Positions 34,901-47,092 of a stretch of DNA of 64,000 bases are shown piece by piece; position 1 is the stretch's first letter; each line of letters starts with the position of its first letter. Origin of the DNA: Hydrurus foetidus. Its lineage: Eukaryota. The notes under the pieces are model-generated. The model was given only the letters and a program-made list of their open reading frames with translations. It ran no database searches and was not told the origin of the DNA. The stretch covers positions 1-64,000 of the forward strand of contig UYFQ01000509.1 of assembly GCA_900617105.1 (NCBI GenBank). The letters are read 5' to 3'. The translations under genes and the position numbers were made by a program.

Positions 34901-37900
34901 ATGGACGACAATGAGAGCAGTGTAGAGCAATTGATTGAATCTACAGTGCTGGCAACAGAAGTTGATTTGGACAGTTTGCCATTGGTGTCTGGAAATTTGG
35001 ATCGTGTACATTCAAAGAGGAGAATTATTCGTGATGACCAGTACTTCTGCCAAATCTGTCTAGGCATTCATGCTTTATCGGAAGGTCATACACTAAACTG
35101 CGGCCACACGTACTGCTCCGATTGTTTGATTCGATATCTTTCAGTGAGAATATGTGATGGTGATACACAGCCGAAATGTTTCCATCCTCTGGGCGACACA
35201 GCTCCATACGTTGTGGGTTCAACGAACAGTTCTTTCAGTAATGAGGGCTTCAATGAGTACGGTGAATATTTTGAAGAAGGCGACGTTGCAAGTTTTGAAG
35301 ATCTGGATTTGAAGGAGAAAAATTCTTCTTCGGACGATGAAATCAATCACTTAGGAATAAGCCGAAGCACCACATTAGGAACTGAAAATGGCGGCAACTG
35401 TGACATCCATCGATCTGACTCGGAGGCTATTAGTAACGTGAGCACTGAGAACCAAAGTGTTTTTTGCAGACCCTGTGCGCGTGTTTATTCAGAAAGTGAA
35501 AAAGATTTGGAGAAAAGAACAGACATAAATAAAAACAGAAATCTGCAAGAAAACAATAGCTATGCTAAACCCGGACAAATAATTAGAGTTAATTCAACAT
35601 CATCGTCTAACTTCGATGGTGTGTCAAGTTTCCTCCTCAATCACGAAAATGACCGACTACCCCCTGAATACACATTTGAAGATTTAAGTTTGAAATTGGA
35701 CAGTCTACGGGTCCAAGGTCCACTTACGTACAGATCGGACAGCTATGCAGAAAATTGTAGTTACAATAGCATTGGAAAGGTTGTTGGATATGATGTGGGT
35801 GAATGCGTACCATGTGAGAAACGAGTGAGGAGTAAGAGAAGGGGCGGGTCAGGCGATGGCATTAACAATAGTAATACGATTAAACCAACTAATTGCACTA
35901 CTGCAAACACAATTCAAAATCACAATACAGAAGAAGATTCAATGTCAAACAACGATAATAACATTAAAAGGCAAGAGAGCATATCAACAACATCATCGTC
36001 ACAAGCAATGTGTGACGCGATAATCTCAAGTGATGAAATAAGATCAATCATTCAAGAAGATGTGGAACTAACTGAAAAATTTGAGTACTTTAAATTTACA
36101 AAAGAAAATAAGAACGCACGCGAATGTCCGTCTTGTCAGTACTTACAAATTGGGTTTCCTGAAAGTCCAAATATGACTTGTGGGAAATGCGGTGACATTT
36201 ATTGCTTCTTTCATTCTAAGGCACATCCCAACTCCACTTGTGATGAGGTACTGTGATTAAAATGACCATGATTGCGATGATATTTGATCGAAATGTTCAC
36301 GCATATCTAATGCCTTAACTTTCGCTCAATTAATTTCACAGTATGAAACTCTTTTTCTGGCTGAGAACGCGAAGAACATTCAGTTCATCAACACCTTTAG
36401 CAAGTCTTGTCCAGGTAACATAGATATGATATCCTTGCATTTGTTTGACACTAATTATAATTTTATTAATATTATGAGAATCCGTTCTCTTTTAAAGATG
36501 TATTATTTCATTTATCAAATACATTTCTTTTTTTTCTATTTTGCAAAACGTGTACTATTTGATATACTTAACGATTTAGCTTATTAGAATTTGCTGATTT
36601 GAGGACCTGTGCCTTTCCCTAACGATCTATTATTCGCTCGATCATTTCTATATTTCACTGTGACGTTTTATTACTTCAGTCATATTGTCTTACCTCAAAT
36701 TAATTGAAACGAATACCGTATGCATTGCACTATCAGTAAATCACTCAAGCAGAATGCATCGTGTACATACAGTACGTGTCTGATCGACATTACGAAGTAC
36801 ACTATATTCTGCACCGTACAAAATGACACGTACCAAGGAATTGTACATAAACACATACAAAGATGTTACTAATGAAATAAACGAACTAATGATGAATGAC
36901 GTACGACAAGACGTGATAGCTGTAACGTTCAAATCTCTATCTTTCAAATTAAATAGGGTGTAATTTATCCATTGAGAAGTCGGGGGGATGCAACCACATA
37001 AAGTGCATCCAGTGCGGCACATCTTTCTGCTGGCTCTGCGGACAGGTGAGATGGCGTGGTATAGAGTTGTGTGATGTAAGAATGAGAGAGGGGGAGGGGG
37101 AGGGGGGAGAGAAGGAAGGGGGAAGTCAGATTACTTATGGACCTTCATTTATTCTGAACTACATGTCTTTTTTTTTATTGCTTTTCGCTTTGCCACCTAT
37201 TTCTCCATCGAGGGTTCCGACAGAATTCTCCTTCATTCGAAATATTCTCCATCCTGTGTCCCTTTAGAATAGAATTTTACTAATATCGTTTTTCTTCTCA
37301 TCTCATCTCTTCTCTTCTCCTTCCTTTTCTTCTCTTCTCCTTCCTTCTCTTCTTCTCTCCTTCCTTCTCTTCTTTTCTCCTTCCTTCTCTTCTCTTCTCC
37401 TTCCTTTTCTTTCGTAATCACCACACAAACTCTATCCGTCATCAAAATATCTTTCATTTTTCTGACACGGATCTTGGTCCTTACATTCCACTTTCTCTAA
37501 CACTTTTACTTTACAGGCTATTCAGGATGGGATATTTCCAAATCACTTTCAGTGGTGGAACATGTCAAGGTGTTCGAATCTACAGGTTGTAAGGATATTT
37601 TACATTTTATGACAGAATTCGATCTAACATCATATTGCAAATTCGATACAGTATTTGATGTGATGATGTATGTTATGATACGATACGATATGATATCGAT
37701 ACGATATCATATCGAATAACATGTAATGATTTGATATGATATGATATGATTTGATAAGATATGATGTAATTCGATGTAAGAATTCACACTTTACAGCTCC
37801 TTACGATTGTATTCGAATGTTCGCGTTTTCTACCTCACATTTCTAGTATCTATCCCCCATCATTGAAAAATAATTCCTCCTCATACCATTCTTCTTACTC

Positions 37901-39678
37901 TTTTTTTCTTCTTTTATCTTTTATCTTTTTTATTTTTTATTTTAAACAGATGAACGATTCTATCGAAGCCCCCTCTTGTTTCTCACGAGCAGTAGCGATC
38001 ACAGTCTCCGCCTTCCAATTTTTAATAATCGGCCCTATCGCAACAGTTTCGACGATAGCATCTCTCTGCGTGTGTTGTTGCTGTGTCCCTTTACACTTAA
38101 TCAGTGCAGCCCATAACGGGATATCTATCAGAAGTACAGTGCGTAAGATGCTCTCTGATCTCTTGTCTGGTTGGTGCTTGGTGTACACCATTCTCTTCTC
38201 TCTCCTTTCTATGGCGTGTCTACTCACGATCGTGATGATCGGATACTTGGTGTACGCTGTATTCAGGTACCTAGACCTTCACATTCCAGACTTCATACTG
38301 TTTATTTGTACGTACTCCATTCTTGATAACATTGCGTGACTCTTTACCTTTCGGTATTTTATGTGCGACTTTTAAGAACCGAATTTTTCTGCATTCTTTC
38401 TGATTCACCATGTTTAACAGCATAGACTTAAAATGAACTGTTTTGTGACGTTTGCATTACTTCCATCTTAATTTTCCGCTTTTTCGTTTTTGTTTTTCCG
38501 CTTTAGTCAGATTTTGTATTTATTTTAATGTAGTATACTTGCACTTAACAGTGTACTTTTTTTCACGGTATAGTTTTATGGCGAACAATCGGTCCATTCC
38601 CTCCTTGCCTCTTCATCGTACCTCTGACTAACCACACACTGTCGTTACAATCTATTATGTCCGTATCCATATCCCCTTCCGAACTGTACTGTACTGTACT
38701 GTACTGTACTGTACTGTACTGTACTGTACTACTGTACTGTACTGTACTGTATTGTATTGTACTGTACTGTACTGTACTGTACTGTACTGTACTGTATACT
38801 GTAATACTGTGCACTAATCAATGTGAACGTACACACTCAACATCATCATCTCGTACTTACACGACATTCACAGAGTATTATGCGCAGGGGAAATCCCACT
38901 TCCCAAATGCATAACGGACAGACTGAAACTGTACGCACGCAGGTGCTGTTGTTTGTGTCCCATGTTCAACAGGGAGCATCCGCCTGACTCCACCTCTGTG
39001 AAGGAAAAAGAGTCAGTGGTAGATGAGTCTGTGTCGTTACACACCCCACCTTCTGGGACGATTTCTTTCCCGGAAGTGAGTTTGATGGCTATTCCGCATA
39101 TTAGATGCTCTTCAGATATTATTGTCACTTTAATTCCGCCTTCTGATACGATACCACATCAAACCAAAGATGCTGATTCTCCCACTGAAATCTATCCGGG
39201 TTATTTAGTCCCCTCAAAACGGGCCTTGCTGGCAGTAGCTGAAGACTACGAAGCACTAGATCAAAACAGCAGTTTTAAGTACGATAAGAAAAACCGTGAT
39301 ATAGAATGTGGTGGTGGATTTACGGATTTTATTGGACATTCAGAATTGAAAAAATTAATAACTGCGAAACGGCAACAACCTCCAAGAAAATTTGAGAATA
39401 TAATGTCGCATCAAAATTTAACGGATTCAGTGAATTTTACGGAGAAAAACGATGATGACGCTTTAAGCAAATCCCATCAATTCAATTTTGTCGATCTTGA
39501 AAATGGTAGTGCTGGAAGTTCAGTGCGTGATGACACTGAAAAAAATGGGGAAGCTAAAATTGAAAATCAAATCGAAAACGAAAACGAAAATGAAAATAGT
39601 GAAAATGAAGATGAGGAATGCTTCGGTATCAGTGGAGTTTACAATAGCGAAATAGACAATCAAACCGCCAATGTCTAA
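34901..39678 (+). CDS. RBR (RING1-IBR-RING2) E3 ubiquitin ligase with a C-terminal membrane region, multi-exon
   Basis: RING1 CQIC...CGHTYCSDC, IBR CPSC...CGKC...YCFFH...H...C, and RING2 exon at about 36957-37045 [30 protein letters not shown]. Hydrophobic exon at 37950-38267; last exon ends at 39678. Confidence 0.88.
38683..38796. repeat. (ACTGT)n microsatellite, intronic
   Basis: More than 20 pentamer units. Confidence 0.97.
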
Positions 39679-40900
39679 TGAAAATGTACATGTGCTTACG
39701 TATATACATATTTCAATTTTTGTATGAGGAAAGTTTGCTTACAAAATAATTCATACGACTAACTTAATTCTGTGACGCTACGTATTATTTTATCGATTAA
39801 ATGATTAGACGAATTACTGTATGTACAGTAGTCTTCCTTCCGAATGGAGAAGGCGTGATACACGTATTTTTTTACAACCTTCATAAACGCTTTATAGGAA
39901 CAAATATTAATACTTGCCACTTTTTACGAACTGGCGTTTCAACTTTTTCATCGAAGAGAGTGAACTCCAGTACGGTACAATGAACATGCCGATTGAACGC
40001 ACTGTGCTACTACCACATTCCACCGTGCGTTCCATATTTCTGGAATCAGTCCAAGATCTGCGTACAGTAGGAATGTCGGGATAAACGATAAACTGAGTTT
40101 ACCTCGTCACTCACTCACACCTCACATTCATGAGCAACCATCACCCCTCTCAAAATTTTCTGTCGTAAATAACAGAAACTGTTGTAGATGCTTTTCCGTA
40201 CTCATTTGGAATTCCTTCATCGCGTATACAGCAATTGAACCCCTCATCCTCCTAAGAAGAAAGACACCGATTCTTCTGTTCCATTTGATAGATAGTTTTT
40301 TCGCCGCACTACACTCCTTCTTACAGCTATCGGATTATGTGATCTTGATTTTTATATTATGAAGCCAGATCGGGGGATTTCGTACATAAAAAAATCTCGA
40401 CATGAAGAAAATTGCACTTCAGACTTTTTTCACCGTTCATGAGCGCCCAGAGGAACACGCGGAGCATTGAAAACAAACGGTACTGTGCAATAGAACTGTC
40501 CAGTAAAACAAGAACATGAAACAAAGCTGAGGTTGGAGCGGAACTCCTTTTAGATTTTAGACCCCCTTTGTCTCAAACATCATGGAACATTCCAGGAGAC
40601 AATGTCCGAAATGCGTACGTGCTTCAAGTTGTAATATGTCACGAAGTCCAGGATGATATGTCACGAAGTCCAGGATGATATTTTGTATTTGCAAATCATG
40701 TTCCTCTTCGTGCATTTGATTTCTCTCCACCAAATGTTGGTTGAAGTATCCCGACATATGGTAGAGAGAAATCAAATTCGTATCTCTCACACGAATTTGG
40801 AATCACTCCAGCGAACAAACTGAAGATATTTGAACCCTCGCCAGCTTGCTGCCCACCAAAATTGCTTTGCTAAGACTGCATCACCAGGAAAGAAATTATC

Positions 40901-43900
40901 ATGGAGGTGACGATGGAGAAGAGTTTGGATGGCATGGATAGCAACAGCGTCCATTCGCATATGTCGAATGTCGGCAGTCAGTCAGGAGAGCCTGACATCG
41001 TATCGGTGGAGGCAGCGCCCACTCAAGAGAAAATGTCACTCGGGAAGGTGAAATTTGGCTCTACTGATGATCTCTTGGCGCTTGCAGCTCAGTCGTTCGC
41101 CGGCACGCGTACCGCGAAAATCATCCATCAGTTTAAGGAATGGGACAGCACTCACAGTGTAGATAGATCGATTGCAAAGACGAATTCGACAGACAACCTT
41201 CTCGAATCGAGGCCAAATGCTACTCTACAGAAATACTACGATAACTATGCAAATGATAAAGCAAAAGTTGGGAGAAGGAGCGTCATAGAAGAGAATTCTG
41301 TAGACATTGAAACCGAAGGAGGGGGTGACGGCGATGACGATAAGATAAAGAGACTAAAAGGATTTCCGTTGCTTTTGGAAAGCATTTTCCACATAGAGGA
41401 AAGAGGTAGGGTTTTGAAATACCTTCCTACACTCTTCAACAATGCGCTATGTTCAATAATGCTTCTCACTGAGTTCAGAAACTCGATTACTTCATAGCAC
41501 TGAAGTGTTTATTTGCATTGAGTGCTGCATCACACATCGCAATTAACCGTCCCTTTTTCAATCGTATTTCGTCCCCCCTCCTCGCTGCTCACCTTCCCTT
41601 CCCTTCCCCTCAGGCAGCACAATTAATAACGAAATATTCTGCGGCGTGATTCATTTCTTCGCATGCATGGTAGGAAAACACAACTCGCTCAATCCATTGT
41701 CTGCCAAATGTCTTATGTTCATGTATTTGTTATCCAGTATTTCGCTCTTATCCTTACCCCCTCTTCCGCCCATTTTAAGTCAGTAACTTGTCTTGAATAT
41801 GTCAGACAGTCATTCATGGTGTATTACAAACTCCACACGTCCTCATCTCACTTTGAAGTTTCACTCACTGATTTCTTTTCTGTTTTTCTTCTCGCCCACA
41901 CGTGATTACACGGGATATTTCCGCCTTGCAGTACGTTGTTCCCGGTAAGATTCGGCATTAATTAATGTACATACTGTACTACTTTTTTGAGTTATAAAGT
42001 TCGTTCTTATTTCCATGAAAATCACGTCTTTTACTTTGCGTCTTTAACTTCACGTATTATTTTAATGTGCCTCGAATTATCTTTCTAATTTCACTTCGCA
42101 CAATTCGTCTACTAATTTGCTACAAAACTTCTACTTTTACCTCACATTTCATCCTATTTTTTCTACTTTCTCCTGCAGTCATACCCCATCAAATGTACAA
42201 GGCGGGATATAGTCTTATCAACACCGCAACCGTCTGTTCGGCAATGTCCGCTCTCGCGTGCATTTGTTCTGCATTCCTAACAAACCTCCCGTTTGTGGTT
42301 TCACCCCCCGCGGCTGTTTCCGTTTTTTTAGCTGTTTATTTGAGAACGAATAATTTGAAGCCTCACGTAGGGAATATAGCCGTAGTTTATTCCGGAGTTG
42401 GCATGATGATCTTGGGATTCTTACGGCCACTTACGGTTATTTTTTACAAGGTAAATGTTACTTAACTTGATATGTTATTGTTATTATCGTTATTATAATT
42501 ATAATAATTATTATTATTATTTAAATTAAGTACACCTTATCAGTCTGTTCGTGAAACTTTACTGCCCTTCTATCGCCTAACGTCCTTCTTCACATCGCAT
42601 GAACTCATACCAATTCTCTTAGTCCCACACAAAAGTCCACACTAAATATCCGTTACTTTTCACGAATTTTCGCCCATTTCAGTTAATCCCGACATGCCTT
42701 CAAGTCGCCCTCGGCATCTCTATCGGTTTCTTAGTTGCCCTTGCCGGGTGTGTGGAACTTGGACTGGTGATTCCAGGAAAATTCACCGTGTTAGACATGG
42801 GTGATATCACGAATACGAATCATCTTTCTCAGTTAGCAATTGGCTATTCCGCGATACTTGTGATTGGTATTTGTATCATGAAGAAAATCAGAGGGTCTTT
42901 TGTGTGGGGAATGACTTGGGGTACCGTAATATTCTGGGCGAGAACAAACGATTTTCCTATAGCATCTCAAGTTGTTGCCGTACCAGTAACTGACAAAGAT
43001 TTCAGGTGATTCGATTGTTGATTATTGGTAGCATGTAATCAGCATGTACGTCTAAAAATATGAATTGCATCTAATACTGTCAGGACATATCAGACTTTCT
43101 ACTCTCTAGCACACACCTTTCATCGATGAATGCTGAGGATGTCAAATCGCTATTTTAGGTCGCATAATTTAATTACTATCACTTTCCTTCTTCGGAGAAA
43201 GTACTCCCACAAAATATCATTCACCTCTATTCTGTTTTCACATCAAATCTCTTCACCTTCAAAGTATATCCACCTAATCTCCTTGGTCATCCTTCTCTTC
43301 CTCACATCCTTATTCTCTCATTTCTATTCCTCCACTCCTTCGCATTTCCTCTCATCCTCACCTTATCTCTTTCCTTCCTTTCCCCCTCTTTCCTTCCTTT
43401 CCCCCTCTTTCCCCTCTTCCCTTCATTTCTCCTTCTTACGAATTCCATCACAGCATGGCGAATGTCCCCAGCGAATCCTTAGGATTAATGTTCGGATTGT
43501 TTTTTCTCTGTTCCCTCGCTCTTGTCGGATTGTCCAGAGCATTCAGCGACATGTAAGATATCACATTAGATGACGTTACGTGACGTGTAATAAACTAGGA
43601 TGATATGACGGGACGTAAGAGAACTTAAGGTTCCTTCTGCATTCTATTGTACAGTATAGTATAGGTACCGCGCTGCACTTTGCTGCATTGCATTTTACTG
43701 TGACATTTTATATTTGACAGTGGTATAGTGTATTTTACTGCAATATAATATTTTACTGTGACATATTGTATTTTACTGCAATATCATGTACTGCTTTGTC
43801 ATTTACAGCACTGTATTGCACTGTTCTGCGCTGCATTGTATGACCGTATGCTCTTTCTCTCTTCCTTTATCACCCACTCTCACTCTTACTCACCATCTCT

Positions 43901-45102
43901 TCCTTTTTACAGCTCTGGATTGACCAAGGCTGACGACTCCATCCCCCGAGGAAGATTCCTCTTCCTAGTGTGCGGATTCGCCACTATTATAAGTGGTCTC
44001 AACTCAGGTAAACCGATCTCAGATGACAGTGCAGTGCATTGATTTCATAGGAAATATTGCCAATTTCAGAACATGCCGATAATCTTAGCAGATTTTTAAT
44101 GGAACATTTTGATAATTGGCATAGGACGTATCGCTGATTTCTTTTTTACTCCACTGATGCAATGCGCGTACACACTGTACAGCAATTGCAAATTATCTAC
44201 CCCCACTTACCTACCCTCGACTCGATCTCACCACCAACTTCAACATCCACTCTAACAGGCCCCCCAATTATCCTTTCTCCCGAAACCGGTGTCGGGTTGA
44301 AGGAAGGGGCCAAAACGGGTCTGTCCACTCTGATAGCCGGTCTTTGCTTCTTCGTCTGCTGCTTCTTCTCCCCTCTCTTCGCTCACATCCCTAGTGCCGG
44401 AACCATGCCGATGTTGTTCATGGTGAGGAAATGTTTATTTTATTTCATTTTATTTTCTGATTTCATTTCTTTGAAGTACACGGCCTTCATGCGTCTTTAT
44501 TTTTTTTAAAACTGTTTTCTTACCTACGACCTGACTTTCCTTAAAAGCTAATACTCTGACTGACTGACAGACTGACTACAGACTGTCACACCAACCGACA
44601 CACTTACGCACTGACTGATTGTTCTACTACTTAGGTGGGTGTTCTGATGATGGCCAATGCAAAGAAAATTAAATGGGACGTCATGACACAAGCTCTGCCT
44701 TCTTTCGTGACAATCTTCATCGTCCCCTTCACTTTCAACCTCTTGAGAGGAGCCACATTCGGATATGTCACATGGGGCGTACTTGCATTTTTCAGTGGAG
44801 AAATGTACGGACATACAAAGGATGCGTTCTATGAATTGCGATCCATTTTTATTGATGACGAAATTCCCACTCGCACAACTGATGCTGGGTCAGATTCGGC
44901 GACTGTCGTACCTAAAGCATCAGAACGATGGTATTCTTGGCAGTCTCTTGGCTTTGGCGATATTAGATTGCCGAAGAATAAATTCGATATTTCTACTGTT
45001 GTACACAGTGACAGTGCGATGGACTTACCGTCTATTGCAGCAACATCATTGAATTCAAATATTCAAAATAAATCACCACCAAATGTATCTGTAAAAGTTT
45101 GA
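40901..45102 (+). CDS. NCS2 / AzgA-like purine (xanthine/uracil) permease, multi-exon
   Basis: FHIEERGSTINNEIFCGVIHFFACMYVVPVIP (AzgA N-terminal signature), LTNLPFVVSP, ALGISIGFLVALAG, ETGVGLKEGAKTGL, VGVLMM, ALPSFVTIFIVPFTF; many TM segments. Confidence 0.88.
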
Positions 45103-46541
45103 ACACGAATACAAAGAATGTTAGGAAAGTGAAGAACGGAGTTAGCGGCAAATAAAATGAATATTGAAATGTAGTCAAATGTAAGAGGCAAAGGAGGCGG
45201 TCAGAGTACAAAATGCTGAAAGAGCAAAAAGCATTTTTATCGAACACATTCTGATTTTCACTTTGTGACCACACAGCGCATGGTATTCGCATTTAGTTGT
45301 TTGAATATACCACAGCGCATTAAAACATATTAGAAAAAAATAAAAGGAAATAAAATACGTTTGAATTGGAGTATCACATTTCGATATGCGATGTCCTTTC
45401 TCGGGAATAAATACGTTTGAAAAAAGTAAATAACAATGTACTACAGCAGTCTCGAAAATATTGAAATACGTTTGACAAGGAGTAAAAGTACACTTAGTGT
45501 ACTCAGCATTCTCACCTCACGCATTATGAATCAATTTCACTGATGCCGTTTGGAGCGACAAGGTTTTAAATTACCGTATTATGACATGTACATAATCGAA
45601 TTACTATCACACAATCTTTTGAGTATCAATTTAGATATGAAAAAAAAACTAGATGACAAATGATAACACATAGTCTATTTTTTAGCTACATTTTCGGTTT
45701 TTAAGTTACAGGAACGATTTTATACTTTGTTTAATCATACACGTACGTACATACGGCTGCACCCCATCTTTCCTGCTGTTCTTTTACTGTTCTCTTGAGT
45801 AGGCCATATATGCACTGTACAGTAATCAAAGGATAAATCGTACGTTTTCGTGCCCTTTTTTCTTCTTTCTGATAGACAGATTACAAAACACTCATGTGAG
45901 TCTTGTATTGATTACATGTGTTGGGTCGATTGTGATTCAATTAGGATCCAGAAGGAGAGAATAATGAATATGAGGTGATAGAAATGGAGAGGGCAGTATA
46001 TATCACTGTGAGATGTGTGTGCGTCACTTCAATCTAATTCTGATCGATGACGCAGTAGCCAGAGTCAGAAGTACAGTTGCTTTCTTGAATGGTACCGTAT
46101 AAAATCGTTATCTCGATACAACATCAGGCTCATATTCAAATCTGCTAATCGGTTTGCGAGTCGTACGAAAATAAGATTTTTTTGCGTTTTGTCGTTGCTT
46201 CCTCATTCGGGCTGCACAGAACTTATTTTAATTTTATTCAACTGTTTAATTGATTCGTTAGTCTGCGAAACTAGTAATTTCGAGGTTTCCTGGTCGAGCG
46301 TACGAACGTTACTTTACCCACCGAGAGACCGATTCTCACAGCGGTACGAAAAAATATCAGCGGTATACTGTATACGAAAAACCTCTTTCTCGTACTGATT
46401 TGATCTTCAGTCTACCTTATCGTTCCGCTGTGACTGTCGGTCTACCTTTTCGTACTGTCGGTACGAAAAACTCAAAATTTAAGGGGAGGTCGATACCCTG
46501 ATAAGAGCCTTTATGGGTAAAAACTGTTCCGTCTTAACAAA

Positions 46542-46823
46542 CAAGCATATCAAAACTTTAATTTTACCCAACAATAATTGACAATTAATTGCAATTATTG
46601 TTTTGCTTTAATTGATTGTACCTTCTTCCTCAGGACAGTACAATTAACAATTAATTGTTAATTGATTGCTCCACTTTATGGACGAATATCCATTTATAAT
46701 TACACAATTAATTGTAAATCCAAATTGTACCTGGAATGATTGTCAATAATTGTACAATTAATTGTGAACTTTACAATTAATTGTCACCACAATTAATTGA
46801 CAATTAATTTTTCCAAATGCTTG
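46542..46823. mobile_element. 282-bp non-autonomous TIR element (hAT-like MITE) full of CAATTAATTG motifs
   Basis: Termini CAAGCAT...ATGCTTG; 8-bp flanks TTAACAAA / ATAACAAA (7 of 8 match); many internal CAATTAATTG-type palindromes. Confidence 0.72.
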
Positions 46824-47092
46824 ATAACAAAGGGTCTACCCCTTTTTTAGTAACAACGTACTAACAAGTACGCACACTTACTGTAACGGTTATACCGTTC
46901 TACAGGAAGATGTTTACGGTTACTTCTCTGCGCAGCGAAGTCGAAGAAGAAGTTGAGTTTGGGTTTCACATTTCACACTTCACACGCGTCATCTTGAGAT
47001 CTGTCTCTCTCTTCCTCGCACTTACACCAACGACTGAAGACATCTGAATTTGTCACGCATGGGCCGCAGGAAATCTAGCAATCGTAGCTGAA

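Noticed and set aside
38563..38914. YSTVQ / LYCTV repeat ORFs
   Set aside because: Translations of an (ACTGT)n microsatellite.
40635..40680. Tandem duplication of ATGTCACGAAGTCCAGGATGAT
   Set aside because: Two-copy local slippage with no further structure.
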